From positions 4,438-68,437 of the IMG/VR virus record IMGVR_UViG_3300036715_002236: a stretch of DNA of 64,000 bases; one strand, written 5' to 3'. The stretch comes from a virus. The number at the start of each line of letters is the position of its first letter. Positions within the stretch are counted from its first letter, which is position 1. The notes beneath the pieces were generated by a model, which was not told the DNA's origin, did not search any database, and was given only the letters and a program-made list of their open reading frames with translations. Positions 62,758 through 64,000 of the stretch are shown piece after piece. The position numbers and the translations under genes are program-made.

Positions 62758-63036
62758 TCAGTAGCAGTTGGGCCGAATCTTCTTACCACCGAGGGTTGGG
62801 GCGGGGATTTCGCACCACATTTCCTCGCCGCAGTAATGACCATCCACTTTCATTTCAGGGTCTTTGTCGAAAGCCGCTTTCGTGACCTCAAAGGAAAACT
62901 CTTCGTCTTGGGCGTAGAGCTTTTTGGTGCTGTAATCTAGAGTGACGTGCAGCACGGTCGGTGTGTGTTCACCAAAGTTGGTCCACCAGTAGAAGCCAGG
63001 CTTCGTGGGAAGTTTATGAGTGAATTCGTTTTTCAT
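62758..63036 (-). CDS. hypothetical protein
   Basis: KLPTKPGFYWW motif; coupled to 63033..63242. Confidence 0.6.
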   Translation of the reverse strand: MKNEFTHKLPTKPGFYWWTNFGEHTPTVLHVTLDYSTKKLYAQDEEFSFEVTKAAFDKDPEMKVDGHYCGEEMWCEIPAPTLGGKKIRPNCY

Positions 63037-63339
63037 GGAGTTGTAGTAAATGCAATACGATTGATTTCTCGGACACTCTTAAGATAACCACGAGACATGG
63101 CCATACCATGTTCATCGGTTCCCAAATTAGTTGGGTCTTCTTCCATTTTAAGCCCAAGATTTTGCAGGGCAACCCACATGGTCATGTTTTGGGAACCGTC
63201 GAGTTCAACTCCGTTGATTGAGAATTTTGGATAACCTTTCATGGATAGACATTGAGATACTTTTTATAGATAGTCAATATCCATTTCATCTTACTTTTTA
63301 TAAGGTTGACAATCAACGAATTGTGCCTATCATTTTGGT

Positions 63340-63843
63340 GTGAATTTTTCAAATCCATTCGATGCGGTGATACAAGGGCCACCACGCAGAATTTCGGAAC
63401 ATTGGATGACAACTCTTCCGCCTCATGTAGCTTTGAAATACGACGTTCTCAATCCAAATTTCATTCTAGCTACGGAGGCAACAAGCACCAGCTTTCACAA
63501 GCTCTTGGAAAAAACATTTCCGATGATTCAAAGAAGTAGAGCTGATGATTTTCTATTTTCAATTATTACAACACTTAAGAATGAGGCGACATATGTTGGA
63601 ATTTTGAGAAAAGAACCCAAGACCCAAAAAATTGACGGAATTCAATTAGAGGAAGGTCAAATATATGATCCGTGGTATAGACCAATTGGGTTTGACAATT
63701 TATCTAAAGCTGAATCAAGGAATCATTTTTTGGAACTAGGCCTCCGGCCAAATTTATATGAGTTCAAAGTAAAAACAAGTATAGAAGGACAAGAAGTAAT
63801 TCTCTACATGTTCGTTTCACAGGAAGACACGAATCGTCACTGA
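63340..63843 (+). CDS. hypothetical protein
   Basis: 167-aa ORF downstream of TTGACA at 63306, divergent from the minus-strand promoter. Confidence 0.6.
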   Translation: MNFSNPFDAVIQGPPRRISEHWMTTLPPHVALKYDVLNPNFILATEATSTSFHKLLEKTFPMIQRSRADDFLFSIITTLKNEATYVGILRKEPKTQKIDGIQLEEGQIYDPWYRPIGFDNLSKAESRNHFLELGLRPNLYEFKVKTSIEGQEVILYMFVSQEDTNRH

Positions 63844-64000
63844 GAAAGTCGATAATCTACATAGCTGTCGTTGGAGAATTTTAAAAAAACTCCGTCCGCT
63901 GACAGTGTTGTATCATCGACGCGACGAATACTTGTAGCAGAAAGAGTAAACGCTAAAAGAACTTTAGCTGTTCCAACCGAATAGACCGTTATCAAATATG

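Noticed and set aside
1-64000. Alternative genetic code (stop-codon reassignment)
   Set aside because: Long recognisable genes translate intact with code 11, TAA, TGA and TAG all end ORFs, and no suppressor tRNA was seen.

Overview
This window looks like part of a large or jumbo tailed-phage genome, with almost all genes on the minus strand. Bases ~4.4-39.7 kb are a dense array of small gene cassettes. Each cassette starts with a near-identical sigma70-type promoter (TTGACA-TTTATAAAA..-[C/T]ACT[G/C]T; about 50 copies counted by eye). The ATG follows the -10 box by only 6-7 nt, implying leaderless mRNA, and the -35 box often supplies the stop codon of the upstream gene. The array contains six GIY-YIG-type loci (a seventh lies just right of it), one canonical tRNA-Lys, an anticodon-less tRNA with alanine identity elements, a ~950-nt operon of at least five distorted tRNA-like RNAs, and a ~780-nt GOLLD-like RNA preceded by another degenerate tRNA. 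Recognisable proteins in or beside it: two L7/L12-like proteins, an ArfA-like peptide, a Fido protein, an HD hydrolase, an RNA ligase, an SF2 helicase, and HNH and PD-(D/E)xK nucleases. Four GIY-YIG loci share an unannotated 47-49 aa basic ORF (MGRKKL...) overlapping the nuclease gene in the +1 frame, and all eight homing-endonuclease loci carry a second promoter-like motif, TA[C/T]TTAT. After a non-coding stretch (40.5-41.6 kb), an AT-richer block carries ThyX, a DEDDh exonuclease, QueC-like, YhaM-like and SLOG proteins, a CoaD-CoaE fusion, a prohead-protease-like gene and an ATP-dependent DNA ligase. All family assignments come from motif recognition by eye; no database searches were run.
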